This document shows positions 29,027-39,044 of a stretch of 64,000 nt of DNA, piece by piece. Position numbers and translations under genes: made by a program. Source of the stretch: a virus; UHGV virus genome UHGV-0371537; one strand, given 5' to 3'. The notes beneath the pieces were generated by a model that was given only the letters and a program-made list of their open reading frames with translations, was not told the origin of the DNA and did no database searches. Position 1 is the stretch's first letter. Every line of letters begins with the position of its first letter.

Positions 29027-30925
29027 ATGGCAACTACAAGCTTCAGCGTTGCGCCGTCCGTACAATGGACGGAGCGTGATGCCACGCTTCAGACGTCTCC
29101 GTCCGTTGTTGTTCAGGGCGCGACTGTCGGTAAATTCCAGTGGGGGGAAGTTGAACTCCCTGTGCTGGTTACTGGTGGTGAGACTGGTCTGGTGAAGAAA
29201 TTCTTCAAACCTAACGATGACACTGCGGTCGACTTCCTGGTCGTGGCGGACTTCCTGTCCTATAGCTCCACAGCATGGGTCACCCGTGTTGTTGGACCTC
29301 TGGCCAAGAACTCTGTTACCAAAGGCCAGACTGCAATCACCATTAAGAACAAGCTGGACTTCGAAATGGCAAGTCCTTCTGCGTCTATTACCTGGACTGG
29401 TCGCTACCCTGGCTCCCTGGGTAACGATGTGGCTGTGAATATCTGTGATTCCGCGTCTTTCCCGACTTGGGAATTCCGCAATAACTTCGCCTATGCACCG
29501 CAGCCGGGTGAGTATCACATCGTTGTTCTGGACAAAGTGGGTCGCATCACCAACTCTTCCGGCGCTGTCGGCCAGGTTGAACGTATTTCTCTGTCTGGTA
29601 CTGCAACCGCTGATGGCAACATCACTGTTGACGGCGTGGCTTACGACTTCCTGACAGGCGACACAGCGGCTGAAATCGCTGCTCAGCTGGGTACTGACCT
29701 GGCGGCGCTGACCAACAAATTCACCAACGTGGTCGCCAAGTCCAACACCGTGACTTTCACTCGCGTTGACATCGGTCCACAGACTGCGGTGGCTGTGTCG
29801 GTTGAAGCCTACAAAGGCATCAGCATCAGCAACGTTGTGACCACTGTTGGTACTTCCGGCTCAATCATCGAGAAGTATGAACTGATGCAGCAGACCCAGG
29901 GTTCTAAGAAATCCGACGGTTCTAACGCATACTTCAAAGATGTGATCAACGACACTTCCAACTGGGTGTATGTCTTCACCGATACCCTGGCTGCTGGCGT
30001 GACTGAGCTGGAAGGTGGTGTGGACGACTACAACGTGAACCGCGTGGCTGCAATTGAAGTTCTGAACAATGCAGAAGCCTATGCTGCTAAACCAGTGTTT
30101 GCCTACTGTGAAGAACTCATCGAGCAGCAGGCCATCATCGACCTGTCTACCGAGCGCAAAGACACCGTGTCCTTCGTTTCTCCACTGCGCGATAACGTTG
30201 TTGGCAATCGTGGCCGTGAAATGGATGATGTTGTTGCCTGGCGTGAAAGCCTGGTGCGCGACTCTTCCTACTTCTTCATGGACGACAACTGGGCGTATGT
30301 GTACGACAAGTACAACGACAAGATGCGTTGGATCCCTGCTTGTGGTGGTACGGCGGGTGTTTGGGCACGCAGTATTGAACTGGCTGGCATCTACAAGTCT
30401 CCAGCGTTCCATAACCGTGGCAAATACAACAACTACAACCGCATGGCGTGGTCTGCGTCTTCTGATGAGCGTGCTGTCCTGTATCGCAACCAGATCAACA
30501 GCATCGTGACCTTCTCCAACGAAGGCATCGTGCTGTACGGGGACAAGACTGGCCTGACTCGTCCATCTGCGTTCGACCGCATCAACGTTCGCGGCCTGTT
30601 CATTATGGCCGAGCAGAACATCGCTGCAATCGCCAAATACTATCTTGGTGAGAACAACGACGAGTTTACTCGCAGCCTGTTCAGCAACGCCGTTCGTCCG
30701 TATCTGCGCCAGCTGACCAACATGGGCGCGATCTACGACGGTATGGTCAAGTGTGATGCTGACAACAACACCGCCGACATCATCGCTGCGAACCAGATGG
30801 TTGCGGGTATCTGGATGAAACCAGAATACAGTATAAATTGGATTTATCTTGATTTCGCCGCCGTTCGACCAGACATGGAGTTCAGCGAGATCGAAACGGG
30901 TGGTGGCATCGTAGCCGCTTCTTAA
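29027..30925 (+). CDS. gp18: tail sheath protein, T4 gp18-like
   Basis: 632-aa ORF from ATG 29027 (track start is TTG 28994) with GAGAAGGAA SD; CTAAATA at 28978; synteny gp17-gp18-gp19. Confidence 0.85.
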   Translation: MATTSFSVAPSVQWTERDATLQTSPSVVVQGATVGKFQWGEVELPVLVTGGETGLVKKFFKPNDDTAVDFLVVADFLSYSSTAWVTRVVGPLAKNSVTKGQTAITIKNKLDFEMASPSASITWTGRYPGSLGNDVAVNICDSASFPTWEFRNNFAYAPQPGEYHIVVLDKVGRITNSSGAVGQVERISLSGTATADGNITVDGVAYDFLTGDTAAEIAAQLGTDLAALTNKFTNVVAKSNTVTFTRVDIGPQTAVAVSVEAYKGISISNVVTTVGTSGSIIEKYELMQQTQGSKKSDGSNAYFKDVINDTSNWVYVFTDTLAAGVTELEGGVDDYNVNRVAAIEVLNNAEAYAAKPVFAYCEELIEQQAIIDLSTERKDTVSFVSPLRDNVVGNRGREMDDVVAWRESLVRDSSYFFMDDNWAYVYDKYNDKMRWIPACGGTAGVWARSIELAGIYKSPAFHNRGKYNNYNRMAWSASSDERAVLYRNQINSIVTFSNEGIVLYGDKTGLTRPSAFDRINVRGLFIMAEQNIAAIAKYYLGENNDEFTRSLFSNAVRPYLRQLTNMGAIYDGMVKCDADNNTADIIAANQMVAGIWMKPEYSINWIYLDFAAVRPDMEFSEIETGGGIVAAS

Positions 30926-30933
30926 TTTTAAAC

Positions 30934-30958
30934 GCCCCCGAAAGGGGGCTAATTCTTT
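30934..30958 (+). terminator. rho-independent terminator after the sheath gene
   Basis: GCCCCC-GAAA-GGGGGC followed by TAATTCTTT. Confidence 0.65.
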
Positions 30959-30966
30959 GGTGATTT

Positions 30967-31272
30967 ATGAAAACATTTTTGGATTTCCTGAACGAAGGCG
31001 CTTTGAAGGGTGATCTTCAGAAAGTCAAGGACGCCACCATCGAGTGGCTAGAAGACCAAGATGTGCGACTGAAGAAGTCGGACGTTCAGAACGGCGTATT
31101 CGGTGACTTCTTCCGCATCACGATTGACGGTGAATTCGAATACACCTACAACGGCAAAGAAATCCGAGTGATGGACGTCAAGAAAGACAAAGACGTCGCC
31201 ACCAAAGCCGCGTCTTCTCGTGAAGCCCAGGGTGAACTGGCCAAGCTGATGAAGAAGTACAGCAAGGTCTAA
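30967..31272 (+). CDS. hypothetical protein (101 aa) inserted between sheath and tube genes
   Basis: ORF preceded by terminator hairpin 30934-30958. Confidence 0.5.
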   Translation: MKTFLDFLNEGALKGDLQKVKDATIEWLEDQDVRLKKSDVQNGVFGDFFRITIDGEFEYTYNGKEIRVMDVKKDKDVATKAASSREAQGELAKLMKKYSKV

Positions 31273-31330
31273 CAATTCCCAACAGCTTGGCTAATTAGAA
31301 TTGTATAACCCTCTATTTGGAGAATCTATA

Positions 31331-31864
31331 ATGGCTACAGTAAACCAATTTCGAGCGGCCATGTCACGTGGGGGCGGCGTGCAGCGTCAGCACCGCTGGC
31401 GTGTGACCGTAAACTTCCCAGCATTTGTTGCGGGTTCGGACACCATTCGTGATGTGTCTCTGTTGGCTGTAACAACCAACACCCCAACTGGTCAGCTTGG
31501 TGAGATCCTTGTCCCATGGGGTGGTCGTGAATTGCCATTCCCTGGAGACCGTCGTTTTGAAGCGCTGCCTATCACCTTCATCAACGTTGTAGAGAACGGT
31601 CCATACAACGCGTTCGAAGTCTGGCAGCAGTACATCAACGGCAGTAACAACAACCGTGCGTCTGCGAACCCGGATGATTACTTCCGCGACGTGGTTATGG
31701 AACTGTTGGATGCCAACGACAATGTCACCAAGACCTGGACTCTGCAGGGCACCTGGCCTCAGAACCTCGGTCAACTCGAACTGGATATGTCCGCAATGGA
31801 CTCATATACTCAGTTTACCGTTGACCTGCGTTATTTCCAGGCCATCTCTGACCGCTCTCTCTAA
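31331..31864 (+). CDS. gp19: tail tube protein, T4 gp19-like
   Basis: C-terminal GTWPQNLGQLELDM...FTVDLRYFQ resembles the T4 gp19 C-terminus; ATG 31331 with GGAG SD (track start TTG 31301). Confidence 0.8.
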   Translation: MATVNQFRAAMSRGGGVQRQHRWRVTVNFPAFVAGSDTIRDVSLLAVTTNTPTGQLGEILVPWGGRELPFPGDRRFEALPITFINVVENGPYNAFEVWQQYINGSNNNRASANPDDYFRDVVMELLDANDNVTKTWTLQGTWPQNLGQLELDMSAMDSYTQFTVDLRYFQAISDRSL

Positions 31865-31931
31865 TGTCCTCTAGTGCTGGGGGAAGTGAATTCCCCCTCA
31901 CTAATTACAAGAAAATGTTGAGGACTTAATC

Positions 31932-33626
31932 ATGGCATTCGGTAATGGTGCATTCGGAAACGGGTTCTTTGGCCTGTTCGGTAGCGGTGGTAAAGTAGAA
32001 GCCCCCGTCGACACCGACAAAATGGTCACGAACCAGGAAGAAAAGTTGCTTTCAAAAGCGACTGTTGTTGCGCTGGACGATGCTCAGGATGGTTCCATCA
32101 TCCTCCAGGGCGGCGCAAATACATTCAATTTCGTAGGCGTTGAAAGCGAACTCCTCAACGTCAAACAGCTGGTCGAAGAGTACCAGAGCATGGCACAACA
32201 GCCTGAGATCCGTAAGGCTGTGGATATCATTGTTAACGACGTCGTCACCTGTGAAGAGGACGAAACTCCCGTATCTATCAACCTGGAAAAGGTAGAGGGC
32301 ATCACAGACGACGTCAAAGAGAAGATCACCGAAGCGTTCAAAGAGATCATGCATCTCTTGGACTTCGACAACACTGCCTACCAAAAGATTCGCAAGTGGT
32401 ATGTCGAAGGTCGTCAGGCTTATCATGTCGTAGTGGACCCGAAGAACAAGAAAGCGGGTATCGCCAAACTCATCATGATGGATTCTCGTTGTATCCGACC
32501 TGTGTATATCGTCCAAAAAGCGATGCGCGACGGTATCGAAGTCATCAATGATGTCAAACTTCAATACTACTACAACCCCAATTACAACCGCAACCAGTTC
32601 ACTGGCCAGTCCGGTACATCTCAGAACTTCCAGCCTTCACAGCAAGAACTGGTGTTTGATGACGAGAGCATCGTGTACCTGGACAGTGGTGAAGAGCCAT
32701 TGGCGAATGGGGTTGTTCCAAGCCTGTTAAACCCGGCTATTCGTCCCCTGAACAACCTCGTCACAACCGAGGATGCAACGGTCATCTACGCCATCACGCG
32801 TGCTCCCGAGAAGCGTGCATTCTATCTCGACGTGGGTACTTTGGGTAAGAAGTCTGCCGAAGAATACATGCAAGCTATGATGGGCAAGTTCAAGAACCGC
32901 CTGGCATATGATCGCATCACAGGTAAAGTCGCAGGCAACACGCATCTGATGGGCATCGCAGAGGATTACTGGCTGCCACGTCGTGAAGGACAGAACGCAA
33001 CCGAGATCTCTAACGTCGGTGGTGGTGATCAGCTTGGCCAGATGGATCACGTGAACTATTTCCGTGAGAAGCTGTATGAAGCCCTGATGATCCCGAAAGG
33101 GCGTCTACAAGAGGAAGGGTCCATCAACATCGGTGGTTCCAACCTGGCTGAGATTACTCAGGAAGAACTGCGCTTCAACAAATTCTGCGCCAGTCTGCGT
33201 CGTCGTTATTCAGGTGGTATATTCCTGGAACTTCTGCGTCGTCAGTTGATTCTGAAGAACATCACAGATCAGGCCGATTGGAACGAGAAGATCAAGCCGT
33301 TCGTCAAGTTCGAATTCACGTCCGACAGTTTCATCCGCGAGCAGCAAGAGAACGAAATCTTGGCACAGCGTATGTCAGCTTTGGGACAGATCGAACCGTA
33401 TATTGGCACCATCTTCTCTATCGATTATGCTCAACGCAATCTGCTGCGTATGTCTGATGAAGACATCAAAGATCAGCAAGAGAAGATCGCAAAAGAGAAG
33501 AAAGAAGGCAAATATCCTGAAGTGCAGGCAGATGAATCCGGCGGCTTTGGCGGCGGGGAAGTCAGCCCACTGAAATTCAGACCTAATGTCATCCCAGCGC
33601 CGACCCCGCCTGGTGGTGAAGAATAA
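31932..33626 (+). CDS. gp20: portal vertex protein, T4 gp20-like
   Basis: 564-aa ORF between tube and prohead core genes; size and synteny. Confidence 0.8.
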   Translation: MAFGNGAFGNGFFGLFGSGGKVEAPVDTDKMVTNQEEKLLSKATVVALDDAQDGSIILQGGANTFNFVGVESELLNVKQLVEEYQSMAQQPEIRKAVDIIVNDVVTCEEDETPVSINLEKVEGITDDVKEKITEAFKEIMHLLDFDNTAYQKIRKWYVEGRQAYHVVVDPKNKKAGIAKLIMMDSRCIRPVYIVQKAMRDGIEVINDVKLQYYYNPNYNRNQFTGQSGTSQNFQPSQQELVFDDESIVYLDSGEEPLANGVVPSLLNPAIRPLNNLVTTEDATVIYAITRAPEKRAFYLDVGTLGKKSAEEYMQAMMGKFKNRLAYDRITGKVAGNTHLMGIAEDYWLPRREGQNATEISNVGGGDQLGQMDHVNYFREKLYEALMIPKGRLQEEGSINIGGSNLAEITQEELRFNKFCASLRRRYSGGIFLELLRRQLILKNITDQADWNEKIKPFVKFEFTSDSFIREQQENEILAQRMSALGQIEPYIGTIFSIDYAQRNLLRMSDEDIKDQQEKIAKEKKEGKYPEVQADESGGFGGGEVSPLKFRPNVIPAPTPPGGEE

Positions 33627-33664
33627 TTCGACTAAGTATAGAAAACATTTTAGAGGATACGAAC

Positions 33665-33835
33665 ATGGCCGCTATCGATCTGGTAAAAGCAATCATCGCT
33701 GGTGACACCGATGCAGCTGTAGCTGAGTGTGAAACTGAACTGTCTGCTCGCGCCCAAGAACTGGTACAGCAGGGCACTGCATATGTCATGAACTCTCTGA
33801 GTCAAGACATGAATCCTGTTGACGACGATCAATAA
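33665..33835 (+). CDS. small acidic prohead core-like protein (56 aa), gp67-like position
   Basis: ATG 33665 to TAA 33833-33835; missing from ORF track (under 60 aa); between portal and gp68-like genes. Confidence 0.4.
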   Translation: MAAIDLVKAIIAGDTDAAVAECETELSARAQELVQQGTAYVMNSLSQDMNPVDDDQ

Positions 33836-33847
33836 GAGGGTGGTATC

Positions 33848-34153
33848 ATGGAAATCGAAGAAATTGCAACGTTCGCTGATTTCCTGGCTTCCCGCATGGA
33901 CGAGCAGAAAGTCATTGACAAGGTGAACGCGAAAGGTAAACGCCGCCGTCGCCTGCAGTGTGCTCCTGGTTTCAAACTGTCTGCAGACGGTTCCCGTTGT
34001 GAGGTTATGGTCGCCAGTGAGCGCCGGACTCGCAAGCTGGGCAACCGCAAGGCAATTCGAGCCAAGAAACGCATGGGTATGGGCTACCAGCGCAAAATTG
34101 AACGTCGTAAGAAGAAAGCGATGAAGTTCCGTCGTATGATGGGGCTGAGTTAA
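33848..34153 (+). CDS. basic prohead core-like protein, gp68-like position
   Basis: Highly basic C-terminus (KRRRR, RRKKKAMKFRR); synteny. Confidence 0.5.
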   Translation: MEIEEIATFADFLASRMDEQKVIDKVNAKGKRRRRLQCAPGFKLSADGSRCEVMVASERRTRKLGNRKAIRAKKRMGMGYQRKIERRKKKAMKFRRMMGLS

Positions 34154-34160
34154 GGAGCGA

Positions 34161-34829
34161 ATGATGAAACTGTTGCGTGAGATCACTGCGATAGGGAAAG
34201 ACCTTCAGATTGGTGAAGCGGCCACGGCGACTGGCGGTAAAGCCATGTACATCGAAGGTCCATTCGTGATGTGTAACCAGGTGAACCGTAATCGTCGCAA
34301 CTACGATCTCCAGAAAGTGGGTATCCCTGCCGTGGAAGCATATGACAGGGAGTACATCCAGGATCGTCGCGCAATCGGTGAACTCAAACATCCGGATTAT
34401 CCTTTCCCTGATATTGAACATGCTGCACTCAAAACCGAATCTTTGCGCTGGGAAGGCACCAACGCTATCGGTCGAGCGCGGATCTTAAATACACCGAAAG
34501 GCCAGATCATTCGTGCTCTGGCTGAAGCAGACTTCAACCTGGCCGTGTCTACACGCGGTCTTGGTGAGACCAAGTCGGTAGACGGTTACGATGACGTCCA
34601 ACCTGGCTTTATGCTCACTGCTGTTGATGCAGTCGACCGTCCTTCTGGACAAGTTTGTTATGTAAAGGCTGTGAGCGAATCTGTTGAATGGCAGCTTGAT
34701 GAATCTTCAGGAATCTGGGTTCCTAAAGACATCAAAGGGCAAGTGGTCGATTCATTGGTGAAAACCAATATTCAGTTCGAAGACGACTTCCTGCGCCGCC
34801 TCGATATCGCATTGAGACATCTGGGCTGA
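34161..34829 (+). CDS. gp21: prohead protease, T4 gp21-like
   Basis: 222-aa ORF immediately upstream of scaffold and capsid genes; size and synteny. Confidence 0.75.
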   Translation: MMKLLREITAIGKDLQIGEAATATGGKAMYIEGPFVMCNQVNRNRRNYDLQKVGIPAVEAYDREYIQDRRAIGELKHPDYPFPDIEHAALKTESLRWEGTNAIGRARILNTPKGQIIRALAEADFNLAVSTRGLGETKSVDGYDDVQPGFMLTAVDAVDRPSGQVCYVKAVSESVEWQLDESSGIWVPKDIKGQVVDSLVKTNIQFEDDFLRRLDIALRHLG

Positions 34830-34840
34830 ATTCAGCCTCA

Positions 34841-34847
34841 CTAAATA
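34841..34847 (+). promoter_or_regulatory. late-promoter-like CTAAATA motif upstream of the scaffold gene
   Basis: CTAAATA 28 nt upstream of ATG 34875. Confidence 0.4.
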
Positions 34848-34874
34848 CTGAAAATCGTTCAGAAGGAAACAATC

Positions 34875-35747
34875 ATGAAACCTGAATTGCAAAAACTGTT
34901 TGAGGGCGTTAACGGCCTCAGCACCGACTTCCTGGATAAAGTGTCTGGCCTGCTGGAATCTAAAGTAGAAGCTGCTCGCCTGACTGCTATCCAAGAAACC
35001 GAAAACGCTGCCAACATTGAGCGTCTGCGTCTTGTTGAAGCTCACCAGTCTGAAATTGCTCAGCTGAAAGAGTCTCACATCCAAGAGCTGGCCATCAAAG
35101 TCGACGGCTTCCTGAACGCCGTTGTAGAAGAGTGGGCTAACAAGAACGCTCCTGCTATCGACGCTCAGATCAAACGTGAAGCGGCTGAAAATCTGCTGAC
35201 TGGTCTGACTGGCGTTCTGAAAGAAGCTGGTATCAACTTCGCTACCGACGAAAACGGCCAGATCGCTGCGCTGACTGCTCGCCTGACCGAAGCTGAACGC
35301 CGTGCGGCTGAAGCTGAAGCAGAAAACCGTCAGATCAAAGAAGCGGCCAATGCGACTCTGCGCGACTCTGTTGTTGCCCGTATCTGTGAAGGTATGGTAG
35401 ACACCAAGAAAGCCACCGTCGTCGGCCTGCTGGAAGCGGTTCAGTTCACCACCGAAAGCGAATTCGCTTCTCGTGTTCAGACCTTCCGTAATCTGGTAGA
35501 AGGTAAGTCTGCCAAGAAAGAAGGTGACGACAACGACGATGACGACTTCAAAGACAAAGTCGGCGGCAAAGACGGCGACGATGACAACAAAGAGTCGAAA
35601 GACAAAGTCGACGAGAGCAAGAAATCCAAGAAAGAAGGCGACGACGACAACGACGACGATGAAGATGATGAAGCTGGTAAAGAGCTGAAAGAATCTATCC
35701 GTCGTCAGCGCGAATTGTATCGTGCGAAGTACAACGTCAACGGCTAA
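34875..35747 (+). CDS. gp22: prohead scaffold protein, T4 gp22-like
   Basis: Alpha-helical, Ala/Glu-rich with an acidic DDDDEDDE tail; CTAAATA at 34841. Confidence 0.75.
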   Translation: MKPELQKLFEGVNGLSTDFLDKVSGLLESKVEAARLTAIQETENAANIERLRLVEAHQSEIAQLKESHIQELAIKVDGFLNAVVEEWANKNAPAIDAQIKREAAENLLTGLTGVLKEAGINFATDENGQIAALTARLTEAERRAAEAEAENRQIKEAANATLRDSVVARICEGMVDTKKATVVGLLEAVQFTTESEFASRVQTFRNLVEGKSAKKEGDDNDDDDFKDKVGGKDGDDDNKESKDKVDESKKSKKEGDDDNDDDEDDEAGKELKESIRRQRELYRAKYNVNG

Positions 35748-35760
35748 TTTTAGCAGCCAC

Positions 35761-35786
35761 AGCCCTCGAAAGGGGGCTTGATTTTG
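35761..35786 (+). terminator. terminator-like hairpin after the scaffold gene
   Basis: AGCCCTC-GAAA-GGGGGCT followed by TGATTTTG. Confidence 0.55.
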
Positions 35787-35838
35787 AACTACTAAGTAAT
35801 TTCAACTTAACTGAATATCAATGTAAGGAATGAGCATC

Positions 35839-37161
35839 ATGGCTAAGAAACTTGTAACCGAAGAAATGCGCAAAGAGTGGCTGCCTGTTCTTCAAAAAGA
35901 ATCTGAACAGATCCAGCCTCTGTCTGCCGAAAACGTCGCTGTCCGTCTCCTGGAAAACCAGGCTGAGTGGAACGCCAAAAACCTGGGTGAATCCGAAGCC
36001 CCTGGCTCTCTGAACAACACTGTCGGTAAATGGCAGCCAGTTCTGATTGACATGGCTAAACGTCTGGCTCCGATCAACATCGCGATGGACTTCTTCGGCG
36101 TTCAGCCGCTGTCTGGTCCTGACGGTCAGATCTTCGCACTGCGTGCTCGCCAGGGCGTTGCAGATAGTTCCAACACCGCGCAGTCTCGTAAAGAACTGTT
36201 CATGCAGGAAGCTGATTCCGGCTACTCTGGTGACGGTACTGTACAGGCTGGCGACCCATCTGGCTTTACCCAGGCTGAAATCGAAGGTTCCGGCGCTGGT
36301 ACAACCACCATCGGTAAAGGTATGCCAAGCACCGACGCTGAACTGCTGGGTACTACCACCAACCCATGGGCGCGTGTTGGTATCACCGTGCAGAAAGCTA
36401 CCGTGACTGCGAAGTCTCGCGGCCTGTACGCTGACTACAGCCATGAGCTGCGCCAGGACATGATGGCGATTCACGGCGAAGACGTGGACAGCATCCTGTC
36501 TGACGTGATGGTCACTGAAATTCAGGCGGAAATGAACCGTGAGTTTATCCGCACCATGAACTTCAGCGCAGTACGCTTCAAAAAATTCGGCGCAAACGGC
36601 ATCGTGGACATCTCCACCGATATCTCCGGTCGTTGGGCTCTGGAAAAATGGAAGTACATGACTTTCATGCTGGAAGTTGAAGCGAACGGTATCGCCGTTG
36701 ACACCCGTCGTGGTAAAGGGAACCGTGTTCTGTGTTCTCCGAACGTAGCATCTGCCCTGGCGATGTCCGGCATGCTGGATTACGCTCCGGCGCTGCAGGA
36801 AAACACCAAGCTGGCGATCGACCCAACTGGCCAGACCTTCGCTGGTGTTCTGTCTAACGGCATGCGCGTTTACATCGACCCGTATGCAGTAGCAGAGTAC
36901 ATCACCCTGGCATACAAAGGCGCGACCGCGCTGGATGCTGGTATCTTCTTCGCGCCGTATGTGCCGCTGGAAATGTACCGCACCCAGGGTGAAACCACCT
37001 TCAGCCCACGTATGGCGTTCAAGACCCGCTACGGGATTTGTGCTAACCCATTCGTTCAGATCCCAGCGAACCAGGATCCACAGGTCTATGTGACTGCGGA
37101 TGGTATCGCCCAGGACAGCAACCCTTACTTCCGTAAAGGGTTAATAAAAGGCCTGTTTTAA
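35839..37161 (+). CDS. gp23: major capsid protein, T4 gp23-like
   Basis: GVQPLSGPDGQIFALRA, KTRYGICANPF and C-terminal YFRKG resemble T4 gp23; ATG 35839 preferred over 35830 on SD spacing. Confidence 0.9.
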   Translation: MAKKLVTEEMRKEWLPVLQKESEQIQPLSAENVAVRLLENQAEWNAKNLGESEAPGSLNNTVGKWQPVLIDMAKRLAPINIAMDFFGVQPLSGPDGQIFALRARQGVADSSNTAQSRKELFMQEADSGYSGDGTVQAGDPSGFTQAEIEGSGAGTTTIGKGMPSTDAELLGTTTNPWARVGITVQKATVTAKSRGLYADYSHELRQDMMAIHGEDVDSILSDVMVTEIQAEMNREFIRTMNFSAVRFKKFGANGIVDISTDISGRWALEKWKYMTFMLEVEANGIAVDTRRGKGNRVLCSPNVASALAMSGMLDYAPALQENTKLAIDPTGQTFAGVLSNGMRVYIDPYAVAEYITLAYKGATALDAGIFFAPYVPLEMYRTQGETTFSPRMAFKTRYGICANPFVQIPANQDPQVYVTADGIAQDSNPYFRKGLIKGLF

Positions 37162-37190
37162 TAATTAAAACAATGGCTTACGTCCTAACA

Positions 37191-37220
37191 AACCCCGCTT
37201 CGGCGGGGTTTTTGTTTGTT
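37191..37220 (+). terminator. rho-independent terminator after the major capsid gene, third exact copy
   Basis: AACCCCGCTTCGGCGGGGTT followed by TTTGTTTGTT. Confidence 0.75.
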
Positions 37221-37268
37221 CATAATACCAAACAGGTTATACTAGATACCATACGAAGGAGAACAATT

Positions 37269-38741
37269 ATGTATCAGGTAATCTGTAGTGTCTGTCATGA
37301 ACAGTTCAAAGCATCCAGGAAAGATAAGAAATTTTGTTCAGATGGTTGTAAAACGTTTTCTAGCAACACATTGAAAAATCTATCACCGGAATTTGTTGCT
37401 GATGCGACGTGCCTTTCGGATGAAGAATCTTATCGTCAATTTTTCCATAAACACATGTTCACTAAGAACAATAAATTGGATATTCAGAAATGCAAATCTA
37501 ATTTGTTAATGAAGCACATCAGATTGGACCTGTTGATATTTGCCAACGCCCATAACACCCTACAAGATCTGGCCTGTAAAGTCACAGCATGGTTACACAA
37601 TAGAACCGTGAAAATGTGCCCTGTGTGTTCCAAAGAAACCAACTTTTACATCAATGACAAAGATTACAGAACATATTGTTCCGAAGAATGTTATCAGATT
37701 TCTATGTGTAAAGGCGGGGTTGGTCGGAAAGCTATAGAGGCTTCAAATATATCCAAATATGGGAGCTGCTCTACACTACAACTACCTGGTGTGAGGAAGA
37801 AGGCGTTGATAACATTACAAGAACGTTATGGTGTTGACAATCCCATGAAAAACTCGATCATATTGAAACGTGCATTGTTTAACAATGGTTCTGTCAGGAA
37901 TAAGAAATCTTCTTATGAAAAAGAAATATCCGAGTTCCTCACCTCAATAGGAGTTGTGAACAAGGTTTCTAATTACAGTATATTGTCAGGCAAACAATTG
38001 GATATCTACTGCCCGGAACACAAACTTGCAATAGAATTCAATGGGTTGTACTGGCATTCAGAAGTTTTTAAAGAAAAACGGTATCATCTAGAAAAGACTG
38101 AAATGTGTGAATCTCAGGGTATCCAGTTGATCCATATTTGGGAAGACGAATGGGCTGAGAAACAGGATGTGGTCAAATCTCTTCTGAAGGCAAAACTCGG
38201 CATTAAAACGCCTGTCTCATACGCTCGCCAACATAAAGTTGTTTGGGGTAATATAAACGGTGTGAGGGAGTTTCTAGACGCCCATCATATACAAGGTTCC
38301 GTGTCGTCCACCCACCACTTATCGCTAATTGATAAGGCTGGTGTGATACAGGCCGTGATGTTGTTTACCAAAAGGAAAGATGGCCTGGAATTAGTCAGAT
38401 TTGCCTCTAATGATTGCCACGGGGCGTTCAGTAAACTTCTATCGCACTTCAGAAGGAAATTTGTTGGTGTCCCAATCTATTCTTTTGGCGACAGGTGTGT
38501 CGTAAGCAGGCTGTCGAACATTTACCTATCCCACAGGTTCATAGAAGAGGAAGTACAGAAGCCGGATTACAAATATCACAAGCCTGGTACATTTATGCGT
38601 GAGCACAAGTTCGGTTTCAGAAAAGATTCATTTGCTCGGATGGGTTATGACATAGAAGGCAAAACAGAAAGCCAGTTAGCAACCGAAGCCGGGCTGGTCA
38701 GGATTTGGAATTGTGGTCTGATCAAATATACCTTGAACTAA
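37269..38741 (+). CDS. freestanding homing-endonuclease-like protein with zinc fingers and a Vsr-like PD-(D/E)xK domain
   Basis: LAIEFNGLYWHSE matches the Vsr/DUF559 signature; CxxC/CxxxC clusters at the N-terminus; track start 37173 would read through the terminator at 37191. Confidence 0.65.
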   Translation: MYQVICSVCHEQFKASRKDKKFCSDGCKTFSSNTLKNLSPEFVADATCLSDEESYRQFFHKHMFTKNNKLDIQKCKSNLLMKHIRLDLLIFANAHNTLQDLACKVTAWLHNRTVKMCPVCSKETNFYINDKDYRTYCSEECYQISMCKGGVGRKAIEASNISKYGSCSTLQLPGVRKKALITLQERYGVDNPMKNSIILKRALFNNGSVRNKKSSYEKEISEFLTSIGVVNKVSNYSILSGKQLDIYCPEHKLAIEFNGLYWHSEVFKEKRYHLEKTEMCESQGIQLIHIWEDEWAEKQDVVKSLLKAKLGIKTPVSYARQHKVVWGNINGVREFLDAHHIQGSVSSTHHLSLIDKAGVIQAVMLFTKRKDGLELVRFASNDCHGAFSKLLSHFRRKFVGVPIYSFGDRCVVSRLSNIYLSHRFIEEEVQKPDYKYHKPGTFMREHKFGFRKDSFARMGYDIEGKTESQLATEAGLVRIWNCGLIKYTLN

Positions 38742-38804
38742 AAGATCATTTCAATAACGGGGTGAGAGGTATTATTGCCCCGTCTACTATCCGAGGGCTG
38801 TGAC

Positions 38805-39032
38805 ATGTACCTGAAAAAGATTGTGAAGAAGCCGAAAGGCGAAGTGATCGAAGTATGCCTTATTGAGGCTTATGTTGACTCCTGGAACAACGAGCAGCGT
38901 TACTTCATGGTCAACACATTGGTGTATGTCCCAGCCTCTCACCTTAACCGTGATTTCATCACACCCGAGAACATCGTCCGTTGGGAGATTGCAACGCAGT
39001 CCGACACCGACGAACACCCTATTTTGAACTGA
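38805..39032 (+). CDS. hypothetical protein (75 aa)
   Basis: ATG 38805 with GAGGG SD; track start is TTG 38775. Confidence 0.4.
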   Translation: MYLKKIVKKPKGEVIEVCLIEAYVDSWNNEQRYFMVNTLVYVPASHLNRDFITPENIVRWEIATQSDTDEHPILN

Positions 39033-39044
39033 AGGATCTATATC

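Noticed and set aside
37173-37268. Longest-ORF starts from the track that extend upstream of the chosen ATG (37173, 28994, 31301, 44308, 59463, 47315, 6725, 38775, 39454, 40507)
   Set aside because: Several are TTG/GTG codons, read through terminators or hairpins, or overlap the upstream gene; a downstream ATG with proper SD spacing is more plausible.
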